Shown: piece after piece, positions 1-12,045 of the stretch
Numbering within the stretch: the stretch's first letter is position 1
How the letters are laid out: the number at the start of each line of letters is the position of its first letter
DNA from: Curvularia clavata
Lineage: Eukaryota
Reading direction: 5' to 3'
Assembly (NCBI GenBank): GCA_023920165.1
Contig: CP089280.1
Span: 2,046,001 to 2,110,000 of the forward strand
Length of the DNA stretch: 64,000 nt
Translations under genes and position numbers: made by a program
Notes under the pieces: generated by a model
The model's input: only the letters and a program-made list of their open reading frames with translations
Database searches by the model: none
What the model was told of the DNA's origin: nothing

Positions 1-1811
1 ATTGGCGTTGACAGGTTCCACCTCGGCTCCCTTTTCGGGGTCTTCTGGGTCTGCGGGCTGGTTTTGCGGCTGTGGTGGTAATGTCTGTGGTTGAGGTTGT
101 GGTTGTGGTTGTAGTTGAGGTTGAGGTTGCGGTTGCGCTTCGTAGTGCTCTGCTCGACCATCTGCAGGAGCAGGCTGGGGCATTGGTGGCGTCTCACTAA
201 TTGGATGATAGCGTACTGTATATACTGTCGAATCGGCGCTGGTGGTGTCTGTCCTGCTAACCGGTGAAGAAATGACAGGGACCGGAGGTGGGGTATGCAC
301 GCGGACGTAGGAACGCGAGCTGCGGTCTCCACGTGTTGCAGATGCTGATCGTCGTGCGACTGGGGGCGGGGCAGGAATGTGGATAGTGCGCCTCTTGCGC
401 GCTTCTGCTCGTGGGGATTCCGTCATCTTTCGTCCAAATCGCTGGGCAATGTTGTTGAATCGAGCGGCATGGCCTGAAACGAAAACACCCAGGCTACCAT
501 TTCCGTTTCCTTTTCCGTCACCTCCTCCTCCTCGGCTGTTTTGCTTCTGATTCTTCTCTGATGGTTTATCCTTGCGCTTTGAAGGCCAGCTGTGATCGGA
601 TGGGCTGTTGTCCAGCATGTCGTCTCCGTCGTAGATTTCTCGTCCCAGAATTCCATCTTTTCTTTCTTCTCTTTCTAGAGCTTCAATTCTTTCTACCCAT
701 TCCCAAACAATGACACTAGCAGCGGCAGCACCGACCCAGCGGAAGTAGTCTCCCCAGCCGGCAATGGTGTAGTTTGCAATGTCAGTAATGAAGAAAACGA
801 CGGGCGTCAGGATGGCAATGATGGACAGAAGCGAAATGACGCTCATGTTCCACATCATTGAGTGGTAAAAGGCATATCGTCTCTTGGTAACGGCGTAGTA
901 CATGACCCAGGCGGCGTAGAGCATGCTAAGCGATAGCTGAAACAGGTAACTGAGTGCGGGGATAGCGGTGTCGAAATGAGCGGGGCGGCGCGAGTTCTCG
1001 TAGGGGCCGAAGCTGTTGAGGCAGCTGAACAGAATGTCGAGTAGGATGAGGGCGAATCCGACCCATTTGATGATTACTTTTTCCTTGTGGCGTGGGAATA
1101 GGCGTATCAGCGTCTGGACCTGGGCGAGCCAGAGGAAGATGTCGGATACGACGCGCGAAACCTTGATTTCCATGCCAGCGACGACCTGGTCGCGGAGTTC
1201 CATGGCATCGATGAAGCCGTCCTCGTACTGGCGTTCGGCAATCTTGAACGTGTCTGCAGTGGCGAGGGTGAGGGATATGGCGACGGTCAGGGCTGCGGCC
1301 TTTTGCAACCAGGGGCGGCTGCCGACTCCAATGATGGATCCTCCTCCTGTCGCGCCGCTGATCATGCCGCGGCGTCCCATGAGGCCTGAACGTCCAGAGG
1401 CGTTGCCGACGAAGAAGGTGCGCGGCGTGATGATGAGCATGATGACGAGCATCCAGGCGATGACGGTAGCGGCGCCCGTGGCGTAGGCCTGGGGGGTGAT
1501 GGAGGCATGGAAGGGGTCGCGCATGTCGGCGACGCTGGTGACGCCGTTTGTGCCATCTTCGCCGAGGCCTGAGGAGGCCGAGTTTGTGCACAGGGGACGG
1601 AAGAGGGCGCTCTGGTCGAGGGTGATGGTGTTGCCGGGCGAGATCTCAATGGTGCCATGGGCGGGGAGTTTGTACGAGGGACAGTGCTAGACAGCATGTT
1701 AGTCGCGTCGGCGACGATGGCAGAGCAGAGGGGGCTTACGTAGGGCGTCGTGGCATCGGGGGCGCGGGTGTCCAGGAGAGAGGCCCTGGGCGAGGACCTG
1801 GCCTCCCACAT
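1..1811 (-). CDS. palH: pH-sensing 7-TM receptor PalH/Rim21 (3' end lies outside the window)
   Basis: Manual translation: exon 1 1811-1740 (MWEARSSPRASLLDTRAPDATTPY), intron 1739-1687 (GTAAGC..CTAAC..TAG), then an open frame to the window edge with PalH-type segments DIFLWLAQVQTLIRLFPRHKEKVIIKW and WGDYFRWVGAAAASVIVWEWVERIEALER. Missed by the ORF track because no stop codon falls in the window. Confidence 0.93.
64..138 (-). repeat. Degenerate hexamer microsatellite (TGWGGT-type on +) encoding a (Pro-Gln)n tract in the PalH cytosolic tail
   Basis: tgtggt/tgaggt/tgcggt units repeated on the + strand within the palH frame. Confidence 0.75.
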
Positions 1812-3539
1812 GCTCGGTCGGGGGCTATACTGGTCCAGCAGCAGTGGATAGGGGATGGGAGGGTCCCATGGGTCTTCAGGCGAGCGGCATCTGGGGATGG
1901 GGTTGCGGTGCGGAGAGTCTTCTGGGGGCGAGAGTCGAGAGTCGCGAGTGTGGGTTAAGCGTCGAGGCCAAGTGGGAGTGGGCTGGGCGAAGCTTGAGGG
2001 CAGAGGGCACGCCGGCACCCTTAGTGGCACCTGTTGTTCCAGCCTGTCTCAGCAGCGCCGCCATTGGCCCAAACCCTGCCGGCACCACGCTCGACGGGCC
2101 CCGGTCCCACGTCGCTCCGCATCCAGCCTCATCCCTCCCCAGTGGGCCGCACCTGTGTAGCATGTTGCGCGCTGCGCTGGCCCCTCGCCCGTGCTGCTGC
2201 CAGAGGAGCTGCTCGTCGCACCTCTGCTCTGCTCTGTTCAACATCTTGTGCTGTGCTGCGCTGCGCCTCGGAACGAGCAGCGCGGCCATCGGATCACATC
2301 GGGCGTCGTGTCGGATGCGGCCTAGTCTCACTCTCTGCGCCCCCCAGCTTTTTGCACCCGCACGCCACCCACCCATGCCGGTCCAACAAATTAACACAAC
2401 CGACTCGGAGCCCGGCCGCCCTCGTCCATGCTGCCTCGCCTCGCAGTGTCGACTTTTGATTACACAGCGCAGTGGCCATGCGTGCCATGCCATGCACGAG
2501 CCAGCTGCTTCTGCCCACGCACAAATTGCCTCGAGTGGTTGACAGACGCGCCGTCTCCGCGCGCGCGCTAAAACCCGTGACCGGCCCGCGCACGGACCAA
2601 ATCACGGAACCTCCCAGTCTCCGTCCTGCAACACCAGCACAACAAGACCCAAACAGCAGAGCCAAGCCCACCAAGCCCACGCTTACCTACGCAGCCGGTT
2701 CCTCATCCGCATTGCGCGTCCCACTTGTTCACGCCGGACCCGCGCCCGTCAGTCTGCTCCGCATGCCTTTCCATCGCATTCCATCGACAAATGCCCTTCC
2801 CTGGCCATGTACCTGTTCTAGCGCCATCGACTTCCTAAAAAGCTTGCTTGCCCATGCCGTGCTGCACACTAGGCTACAGAACATTACGACACTCTTGGCC
2901 AATCCAATGCTTTGAATATATACATGCACGTCACATGAGCTTACCGTCAGCCAGCATCATGTCAGCTCTCGGTACTTTTACGACACAGAGTGACTGCAGT
3001 CCAGAACTTTACCAGGCATCCGACAAGGACTGTGCAGTGGCCCCGTTTGACTGCATACATAGTCCAAGAACAAGCACTCGTGCTTCTTGAACAAGGTTTA
3101 CCTAATAGCTCGACTAACCCGCTTCTTCAACTACATTCCAAGAATCTGCATTAGATGTATACAACAAATCAACTTGACAGCAGCTACTCCGTGTTGAATG
3201 CGAGGACATCACTAGTCTAGCCAAGAATGAGAGGATTATATCATCGCCAAACTCTACGTCTAGTACATACAGCCATACAAAACTAAGACGCAGAACATAC
3301 AACCATCTGCCGTGTATCCGTTCTGAGACGTTATTTAACCCACCAAGTACGCCAAGTGATAACTCACAAAAGCTTCTTATCTTAGCGACTGAAACAAAAA
3401 CAAGATACAGTGCATCTACGACATCATTTCACGGCTATATCGGCAAGGTACCCACCCACCTATTCGAGACTATTCTCTCGTTGCTATCACATCTCTCTTC
3501 TTCTGCATGCATTGCATTATTTGTCACCCGTTGTGCACA

Positions 3540-3800
3540 CCTGTATTGCGACGGGTCATTTGTTGTGCTATAGCTCGCGGATGAGGTGGGCCTAGGGAAA
3601 CAACTATAAACATAATCAACCTTTGGAAACACGCACATTGTTGAGAGAAGTGCAAGATTGCTGTACAACAAATCAAAGAAAGGACCTACTCTTGTGAGCC
3701 TGCAGTGATACAAATATGCACAAGCGGTAAACGAGGCCGATGAATTTGCGTCCAATAGCTGCGATGCGTTTGGGTAGTTCTTCCAGGAGCTACCATGTAT
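3540..3800 (+). pseudogene. Degenerate fragment resembling the SNF2-family helicase motif I region
   Basis: 3574-3600 translates to LADEVGLGK, preceded by an in-frame TAG and followed by an apparent 1-nt frameshift and further stops. Confidence 0.4.
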
Positions 3801-5759
3801 GTCAATACACAACTAGTACGCAGCAGCAAAGAAGTGGTTTTTGCATCGTGTTTTTTTTTCTCCTAACAAGACAGCGAGATGAAAGATTAACTATGTATCG
3901 AAATACCACGGAGACAGCGTGTGTCAACATTCTCAGTGATGGGAAGGACTCGTTCACCATTGCCGACACGTAAACACTAAAACGAAGAATGTTTCAGCAC
4001 ACACCATAACTCTGCGCGGAGTATCCCGTGGGCCCCTAAGATATCTCAATAGTCTCGGTCCACCACAACTCCTCTATCTAGTCCCCATCTACAAATCCAA
4101 TCTCAAATCTTACCCACTAACTACCCTATCTGCACACAGAATAAAAACCATGCATCATGTAATCGTACCGCGTAAGTACTTGTTCTGGGTCTGGAACGAG
4201 GCATGTCGTTACACGACTGCACCCTGATAGACTCTGTCGCCAATATTTAGTGGCTGACCTGAGACAATCGGTCTAGGCCGCCGTCTAATTTACAAAGTAC
4301 AAGGGCGGAGTATTCGGAAGGTTCCGTCGTTTGAGATCGACGATGTGGAAGATGCTTGCTAGGGTTAGGCGGCTTTTCGGTCTTGGTATATTTGGTACTG
4401 TCATTCTTGCATGAACTTGCGTTGACGGAAAGAATGGAAAAAACTAGTAGGCAATCTCGATCGTGATAGTAAACTCAGAGGAGATTCTAGGAAACAAAAT
4501 AGAGATTGTAGCTAGCAACCTATGGAATCAACTGAGCAATTAAGTGGTTTGTGAAGGCGAATCTCGAGCGTGGAATATTGATAAATATGCTTGCACTGTC
4601 TATTGTCGTTCAATCCCGAGGCTCCTGGCCATAAGTATCCTTACACACAGCCAAATCCTCATCCCCAAATTCAGCCCCGAAAGCAACACGTACGCATCCT
4701 CAACCTTGAAAAAGAAACCATCCATTTCACAAGCTCTCTCATCATCCGCATAAACAAACAAACAACAACCCCTAAGGTTTTGTTTCCCAGTCTTCTCTCA
4801 CCGCGACGATGAAGGTGATGGGCCAACACTCCAGATCGCCCACTGCGTCGCCACTGTTGCGCCGCTGTATCCCCTTGTCTAAGTCGATATGCACCTGTAC
4901 AATTTCCTGAAGAATGTTGGTTGTACAAACAATATTCCAGATATTGAATCAGAGTGCCAATCAAACAGGAGGAGACATCGACAATACGTACTGAGTTGTT
5001 GCTCTTCTTCTGAGTTAATCGAATAAACCTCCATAATCAATAGGACTTATAGGATATTTCACTAGGTTCAGTGTCGTAGATATCACTCCCAAGACATGGT
5101 TTGGTGCAACAATGCCAAAAGGTAAATATGAAAGAACACCAGCCAATAGACCTTGAAACAACCCAACGGAGCTTGACCAATCATGACAGGGATATTGCTC
5201 TCAGTATTTTGCAGTCGTATAAATCCATGATTGGATTCACCTTCAGTACACTCCGTAACTCCAAGAAGCCTGGTGAGAATACGACAGAGGCCGCAAACAC
5301 CTACCGTAATTATAAAATTGTACAGAGTTTCGAGAAGTATAGCACAGAATAAAGCCATCTGGGCCTTATTTTCAAACACTGCGGCAAAAGGATATAGCTA
5401 CGCAGTTTACTTTGCTTGTTAGTAATGAGAAATAACATTTCGTGCATGACGTGGTTGCACGTGCTCGCGCGTTTTGCCTCCATCGCCAGACCCTTGCAAT
5501 CTTTCTGCCTCGCCCCACTGTCGACTTCGCATTGTGCCTCGCACACCTCACTCTTGACTCAGGGGATTACCGTATGTCTCTGGCGTCCCATGCGCTGAAA
5601 ATCTGCTCGAGATAATTTTGCGACATCACTCGAGACAAACACACCGTTTGCGCAACGCGCGCATTCCTCACCGCGATCGTGACGCGGATAGCAGTAGCAG
5701 CAGTGAGCGAACACTAAGAGACTGGCGGTGAGAGAGATTTTGAGAAAGACCTGTTTAAA

Positions 5760-7814
5760 ATGGCGCGCAAGAAAGTTCGCGATCGCAAACGGCAGACAAA
5801 GATCAATTTCTCACCAGCGTCCCAATCCACCCAAGCGACTGCATCCTCCAACGCCGCATCTACAGCTGACTTGCCGACGAGACCGCCCCGAAAGCAGCAA
5901 AAGTTGACTGATATTATGTCTGGTACGACAAGGAAGCAAAAACATCAAGAGTCAACAAGCGAAGATGAGCTAGTGGTCGTGAAAAAGAGTGGCATGTTTA
6001 GAGGTCCACGAAATGACGCCAGTGACTCTGAGAGCACGGATGAGGTGGAAGAGCGGGCTCAAATCCGCATTGAGCCTGAGCCTGAACCTGAGTCGCGAAA
6101 GCGGCGGCGCAAGGAACTGTCCAGCGAACCTGAAGACACGAGACCAACTGTAACAGTTTTACCGCGCAAGCGTCAGCGGCGCACTGTCGAGATTGAGATT
6201 GGAAGCTCAGACGAAGGACACAAGAAGAAGGAAAAGAAGAAGGGCAAGAAGGAAAAAAAGCAAAGTAAGAGACGTAAAGAGAAGGAAAGCACACCAGAGC
6301 CTGCGCCGCGTAGCACTCGGCGGGAAGTCACTCCTACACCAGATAACGATGAGGAAGAAGATGAGCTCCCCCGGCCAGCCCAGAGCTCTAAGCGGAAGAC
6401 TATGCAGAGACGCTCTCCATCCGCTGAAGAGCAAGAAGAAGCTCAGAGTCCGCCTCGCAGTGCCAGGCGCAAGCTGAAGAGACGGAGGCTCGCATCTGAA
6501 GATGAGGACGAGGTACAGATAAAACCTGAACCTAGAGAACACGGAGCCGGGGCAATTTCCGCATCAGATGCAGAACCTGATGACGCCGAGAATAATGAAG
6601 AGCAAGAGGAACTCAGAGAAGAGCTCGCATACCTGCGATCGTCCCCAGTCGCAGATCGTGGCCTAGGCAGCACGTATAAAACGAACAAGAACAAGCGACA
6701 AGAGGCTCTCGAAGCCCTGAAAAGACGACGAGCCGGCACAACCGAGCAGCCTTCTTCCTCAGCGACACCTGGACGACGAAGAGCAGTCGTGGTAGACACA
6801 GATTCCGACTCAGAGCTCGAGGTCATCAAGGAGGAACCAAATGATGATCTGGGAGCTTCTGGCCAGGATGACAGCGATGAAGAGCCGGAATCAGATCGTG
6901 AGGCCAATGCACTCGATATGTTCCAAGAAGACCAGGATGACGACCAGTTCATCGACGACGACGAAGAAAATGTCATTGGGGAGCCCTCGGCAAACGCTGA
7001 TTTGGATGAGATGCGTTTGGCGTTCAGCCTTTCGAGGGCGAAGACGAAGGAGCTTTTTAGACACGCTGTCGAGTGGATGGTCATGAAGAAGATCCATCCG
7101 GGCTTCGAATCTACCAAATACATCTACACAGCGACTTTCCGCAAACTCGACGACGAAGTCAAAGCTCTCGCAGGATCAAAATACACATCATCAGCTTGGA
7201 CTGCGGACTTTACACGCGCTATTTGCGCACGCCCAGACATCATGATCAACGACCTCAGCGCGGCCGAAAGAGCAGTAATGTCTCCACATTGCGAAGCCTG
7301 TAATCGCACCAACCACACCGCAAGCTCGGAGATTCTCTTCCAAGGACAACCGTACGATCCCGAAACGCTTGAACCTCTCGCCAGCGATTCAGACTCTGAT
7401 TCTGACAGCGACTCTTCAGGCTTGTCGTCTGACTCAGAGGCCATGCTCAACGGCGAAAAGCCAACCTACAACCGCCGGGGAGAACGCATACCCCCAGAAT
7501 CTCATGCCTTTCCAGTCGGTTCGACCTGCAGGGCTAATGCACAGGTTGCGCATACCTTGTACCATTGGCGTTACCATCTCTACCAATGGGTCAAGGATTA
7601 CCTGAAGGCAGAAGGCCATTTGACGGCAGAAAAGTTGGTCAAGAGGGATGGCTGGAGTGACAGGAAAAGAGACAAGGCAGCGAGGAAGATTGTGAGTGCA
7701 ATGGAAGCCAAAGGACAGATTCGAGAGTTGTACCACTCGTACAAGAATCAAGTCACAGCGGCCGTGGAAGCAGATAATGACTATAGGAATGGATGGGGAC
7801 GGAACCGTGGATAG
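5760..7814 (+). CDS. DUF4211-domain nuclear protein (acidic/basic low-complexity N-terminus)
   Basis: 684-aa intronless ORF; C-terminal conserved region SSAWTADF..CEACNRTNH..CRANAQVAHTLYHWRYHL typical of fungal DUF4211 proteins. Confidence 0.8.
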   Translation: MARKKVRDRKRQTKINFSPASQSTQATASSNAASTADLPTRPPRKQQKLTDIMSGTTRKQKHQESTSEDELVVVKKSGMFRGPRNDASDSESTDEVEERAQIRIEPEPEPESRKRRRKELSSEPEDTRPTVTVLPRKRQRRTVEIEIGSSDEGHKKKEKKKGKKEKKQSKRRKEKESTPEPAPRSTRREVTPTPDNDEEEDELPRPAQSSKRKTMQRRSPSAEEQEEAQSPPRSARRKLKRRRLASEDEDEVQIKPEPREHGAGAISASDAEPDDAENNEEQEELREELAYLRSSPVADRGLGSTYKTNKNKRQEALEALKRRRAGTTEQPSSSATPGRRRAVVVDTDSDSELEVIKEEPNDDLGASGQDDSDEEPESDREANALDMFQEDQDDDQFIDDDEENVIGEPSANADLDEMRLAFSLSRAKTKELFRHAVEWMVMKKIHPGFESTKYIYTATFRKLDDEVKALAGSKYTSSAWTADFTRAICARPDIMINDLSAAERAVMSPHCEACNRTNHTASSEILFQGQPYDPETLEPLASDSDSDSDSDSSGLSSDSEAMLNGEKPTYNRRGERIPPESHAFPVGSTCRANAQVAHTLYHWRYHLYQWVKDYLKAEGHLTAEKLVKRDGWSDRKRDKAARKIVSAMEAKGQIRELYHSYKNQVTAAVEADNDYRNGWGRNRG

Positions 7815-8049
7815 GCGTTTGGCGGAGCCGGTTGGATTTAAGCAAATAATGGCTTTGTGCTTTGTTAAGGGAAAGGTTGAATTTTGATCTGGATACCCTA
7901 TGTCTGCGAGAAGGAAGTGTTTGTTTATCGAGTTGCCAGAGAAATGATGGTCAATGTAAAAAGCAACAGATTGATTCATGAAATCTGGGTATCATGCTTG
8001 TTCATCATGAAGTCAACATCTTCGACGTCGCGCCTCTTCGGCCAGAGCC

Positions 8050-8667
8050 TCACAACATCTCCTCCTCCTCTACCGGTGCCGCCGCACTCTGCGCTATCGC
8101 AACATCGACCTCTTTGCTCTCACCCTTGACCTCGCCATCCCCACCATCATCCATGTCCTCGTCGCTCACCCACTCCCTCTCCGTCTTCTTCTGCTCCGCC
8201 TCGTCCTCCAACGTAGTCCCCTTCTTACCCTTCTTAGCTCCCTCTCCGTTGATATCCTCCCAGCCCTTGGACCTCTCCGTAATCTTCCTCCCTTTACCCA
8301 TACTCTTCAGCCGCTTGTTCGCCAGCTTATCCATATTCTCTTCTGCGCGCTCTAGACCCTTTTGATGGCGCAAGCGCTGCGCCCGAGTCATGTTTGTGCC
8401 TTTTTTCTGTCGCTTCTGGATGCCCGCATCTTTGGCGGCAAGCGCATGTGGGTTGATAGACGAGGGCCGTGAGGGCGAGGCCGAGTCGCGTGTTGTGTGG
8501 GCGGGTTTTTGGGCGGATTTGGGGAGATCAAGAGAGGGAGAGGCGGCGCGGCGGGCGGCGCGAGAGTGTACGGTGACTTCTGTTAGGACTATTAGAGAAA
8601 CTATAGAAGATAGTTAAGCATTGTGAAAAAACTTACGGCGCTTCTTGACTTTTGCTGTTTTCGCCAT
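8050..8667 (-). CDS. ALB1: Ribosome biogenesis protein Alb1 family
   Basis: Exon 1 8667-8637 (MAKTAKVKKR), intron 8636-8580 (GTAAGT..CTAAT..CAG), exon 2 VTVHSRAARRAASPS...RAQRLRHQKGLERAEENMDKL...RSKGWEDIN, the Alb1 signature. Confidence 0.85.
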
Positions 8668-9252
8668 TATGTCTGGATATTTGCGATAATGCGCTGGAGT
8701 AGTGTTGGGTGCGGGTTATTTTCCCGATCGGCTTTCCAAATCCACTATCTGACTAGACCCTATATGTAAAGGGTGTACTTTTCCCAAGCTCTAATAACAG
8801 GCTTGTCAAAAGTATTTGAAATGTCGAGAGTAATCTCACATCCAAAAAGTTCCCCACTAGCTCGTCAAGGGCCAAAATTCCGGATCCACTTCGGACGCTA
8901 ATTGCACGCCCGCACCTTCTCCGATCACCGTTCATAATCATCGGCCCCAAAGCCTTGCCTTTGGATATCCACGCCATCGCTCCGCCACCCACTGTTGCCC
9001 CCCATCGCCCTCGACCGCTGTCGCGTACGTCCGTTCCTCCATGTCGCAGACAAACACACCACCGCGTTTGCTCTGTTCGACACCGTCTATGCGCTGGCCC
9101 GAGGGCTGAAGTACTCGACCGACCGTTTCCCATTTGCGCCATCGCTGCTTTATCATCATTCACGAACCTTCGCTCTGTTCGCCCCGGCGACTGACCACAG
9201 CATCCTGCGGTGACTTGCACGTTTCAGTTTTATTTTTTGCTCCCTCAGAGCT

Positions 9253-11496
9253 ATGAGCTACGGCGAATACCCCGAACTTGACGCCTATCAACAACGCTGG
9301 AACACAACCGACTCGCATTCCTCCACTACTTCTACTCTCCTCGGTGTTATCCTAGGCATATACATCCTCTTCAAGTCCCTCGACTATCTAGGTTTTCCCG
9401 CCGGATTTTACATACGTCAGTTTCTTAGGATGGCGGCGGAAACCTTGCGCTCGCGCGCATCCTCGTTTAGTTCCGTGGCGGGATCAGTATCAAGCGATGG
9501 CTCAGCAGCACAGAACGGAGGCATGTTGGGTAGCCTCTTTGGCATGAGTCCTGGAAGTCTGTTACAGAAAGGCGTCAGAGGCGTGGCGAGCGCTCTCTCC
9601 ATGGGCTCCAGTGACGCCCCGCCTGGCTTGGGCAATATCAGCAATTCTTGCTACCAGAACAGTGTCATTCAGGGCCTTGCCTCCCTCCCTTCTTTACGCG
9701 ACTACCTCGCGAAAACCACGTCCGAACATCCCTCACTCTCCCCTGAAAGCACCAACGGCGCGTTATTCGACATCATTACGCAACTCAACGACCCAGAGAA
9801 TAAGGGGCGGCACTTTTGGATCCGCGGCAAGCTGAAGTCAATGAGTACTTTTGAGCAGCAAGATGCGCAAGAGTACTACAGCAAAATACTAGACGCGCTG
9901 GATGAAGAGGTCAAGAAAACTGCGAGTAGTAAGAGGCGTTCCTCGGTCTCCTGGCTGGAAGTCACAAAGGTTCTCAGTGACTCACCAAACGCAGATGAAA
10001 AGACAGAAGACGGAGGGAAAGACGACAAAGAAAAGACCATACAAGCCCCACCAAACCCTCTCGAGGGCCGTCTTGCGCAGCGCGTTGGCTGCACAGTCTG
10101 TGGATACTCCGAGGGCCTTACACTCATCCCGTTCAACTGCATCACTGTGTCTCTTGGGAAGAATCACGGATACGACATTCGTGAATGTCTTGACGAATAC
10201 ACGACCTTGGAATTCATTGACGGTGTCGAGTGTTCGAAGTGCACCTTGCTCAAGCTGCAGAGAACTCTGAAACCTCTGGTTGATGCTAAACCAGATTCGC
10301 CAATGAAGTCCAGACTCGACGCTGTTCAAGAGGCCTTGGAAAAGGAGGACTTTGAGGACAAGACACTACTGAAGACTCTCAATGTGCCCAAGAAGAATTG
10401 GGTACAGAGCACCAAATCAAAACAGGCAGTTGTCGCTCGCGCACCCCAATCATTGGTGCTTCATGTCAACCGTAGCAGTTTCAATGAGTACACTGGCATG
10501 CCGTTCAAGAATACTGCTGGCGTCTCTTACCCGAGTGTTCTTGATTTAGGCAACTGGTGCCTGGGTGGTGCACTGGCTGGCTCCCAACAGCCTGCCATGT
10601 CTGAAGAAGAATGGCCAAGGGATCCTAGGGAGTCCATGTTACCAAAGAGTCACTCCATGTCGAACTCTCCTTTCCAATATCGGTTGCGCGCTGCTGTCAC
10701 CCACTACGGCTCACACGGTAACGGACATTATGTGTGCTACCGGTCGCACCCAAATACTGTTTCTCACCCAAGCGAGAGTGAGGCAATTGATGTCTCATCA
10801 GCAGATGAGACAGAAAAAGACAATCAAAACAAAGACAGCGAAGATGACCAAGAACAACAAACGCAAGAAGACGCAGCTACTTCTCCATCCGAGCAATGGT
10901 GGCGCTTTAGCGATGATAGTGTTTACCCTGTGTCGGAGCAAGAAGCGCATCAGGGAAATGTGTTCATGCTCTTCTATGAGCGCATCGACGAGTCATCTCC
11001 TGTTTCGTCTCAATCCGCAACAGAGAGCGCCGTAGTAGCCGAGGATGCTCCGTTACCACCAGTGGACACTCACGCATACCCACAAGATCTTGTAGACGAA
11101 GAAGCCATCGCTATTGCTCTACCAGACGAAGACGAAGATCTTCTAGATCCTGTTCCTGCAAAGGCAACCGGCAAGCCGCAGCAGCTTCCACTCGAAATCC
11201 CTCCCATTCAGGAATTGCCAGAACTAATCAATGAAACCTCATCTGATGCCACCACTACGCCAACAGAGCTATCGCCACCACAGTCACAAACCGAGCTTGA
11301 AACAGAAGCCAGCGATGCGGAATCAGAAGACGCACCTTCGACCCAATTAACCTCTGACTCTGAGGCTGATGCGCCCACACCACTAAAGTCGCTACCTGTT
11401 TCTAAAATTTCGCCGAATATGATGCGCACGGCTGGTAATGCGTCGAGCAGAGGGCAGCGCAAGAGACAGAGCCTGCCGCTAGTGTCGGCCACGTAG
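9253..11496 (+). CDS. Ubiquitin-specific protease (peptidase C19) with N-terminal membrane anchor, USP30/Ubp16-like
   Basis: 747 aa; Cys box GLGNISNSCYQNSVIQ, QQDAQE, His box HYGSHGNGHYVCYR and WWRFSDD (Ser at the third catalytic position, as in USP30); hydrophobic LLGVILGIYILF near the N-terminus. Confidence 0.92.
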   Translation: MSYGEYPELDAYQQRWNTTDSHSSTTSTLLGVILGIYILFKSLDYLGFPAGFYIRQFLRMAAETLRSRASSFSSVAGSVSSDGSAAQNGGMLGSLFGMSPGSLLQKGVRGVASALSMGSSDAPPGLGNISNSCYQNSVIQGLASLPSLRDYLAKTTSEHPSLSPESTNGALFDIITQLNDPENKGRHFWIRGKLKSMSTFEQQDAQEYYSKILDALDEEVKKTASSKRRSSVSWLEVTKVLSDSPNADEKTEDGGKDDKEKTIQAPPNPLEGRLAQRVGCTVCGYSEGLTLIPFNCITVSLGKNHGYDIRECLDEYTTLEFIDGVECSKCTLLKLQRTLKPLVDAKPDSPMKSRLDAVQEALEKEDFEDKTLLKTLNVPKKNWVQSTKSKQAVVARAPQSLVLHVNRSSFNEYTGMPFKNTAGVSYPSVLDLGNWCLGGALAGSQQPAMSEEEWPRDPRESMLPKSHSMSNSPFQYRLRAAVTHYGSHGNGHYVCYRSHPNTVSHPSESEAIDVSSADETEKDNQNKDSEDDQEQQTQEDAATSPSEQWWRFSDDSVYPVSEQEAHQGNVFMLFYERIDESSPVSSQSATESAVVAEDAPLPPVDTHAYPQDLVDEEAIAIALPDEDEDLLDPVPAKATGKPQQLPLEIPPIQELPELINETSSDATTTPTELSPPQSQTELETEASDAESEDAPSTQLTSDSEADAPTPLKSLPVSKISPNMMRTAGNASSRGQRKRQSLPLVSAT

Positions 11497-12045
11497 TTTG
11501 TTCGCGACACCAAGCGCACCAAGCTTAGGCATGTGATGACGTGTGGTGAAGAGTACTAGAGGGGATGGAAGGGGTATGATGGAAGGGCCATCTGAATGAA
11601 TAAAACTGCATGTCATGGAAGAGATCCGATGAGACAGGATAAGAATTCGAAATGGGTTAAGGCGTTCAAGTACCTGTTTGCCCGACAGGGTCAGGTCCGG
11701 AGTTATTCTTTCTTTTTTAGGGGTTGGATTATACGCATGTTCTATTGCGTGTTTCAATTCGCATGCACGCGGAGCGGTATTTGCCACAGGATTTTTACGA
11801 TTCCAAAAAAAATCATTTGCCTTGTTATTCGCTGTCTTTGTTGTGTCGTGATGTGTAACGTGTGTGTATTGTCTCTTCGTTAATGATAATTCTATCTACA
11901 CAAATGTATATACGCTGCATGGTCATCCTATGTAAAATGCATATGGCTACAAAGCCCGAATAAGGATGAATGACGCTCCAACCCAATCGTTCAAGCATAT
12001 GGGTACCTATTCATATTTTCCAACAACTACGCCTTCTTCACTGCA

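Noticed and set aside
926..2915. Several overlapping 100-230 aa ORFs around palH and its promoter
   Set aside because: GC-rich shadow ORFs with Arg/Pro/Ala-biased translations; the real frame is the spliced palH.
4360..4369. TAGGGTTAGG, a possible telomerase RNA template (CCUAACCCUA on the minus strand) or interstitial telomeric repeat
   Set aside because: Only 10 nt, with no adjacent pseudoknot or template-boundary structure that I could identify; compatible with chance in 64 kb.
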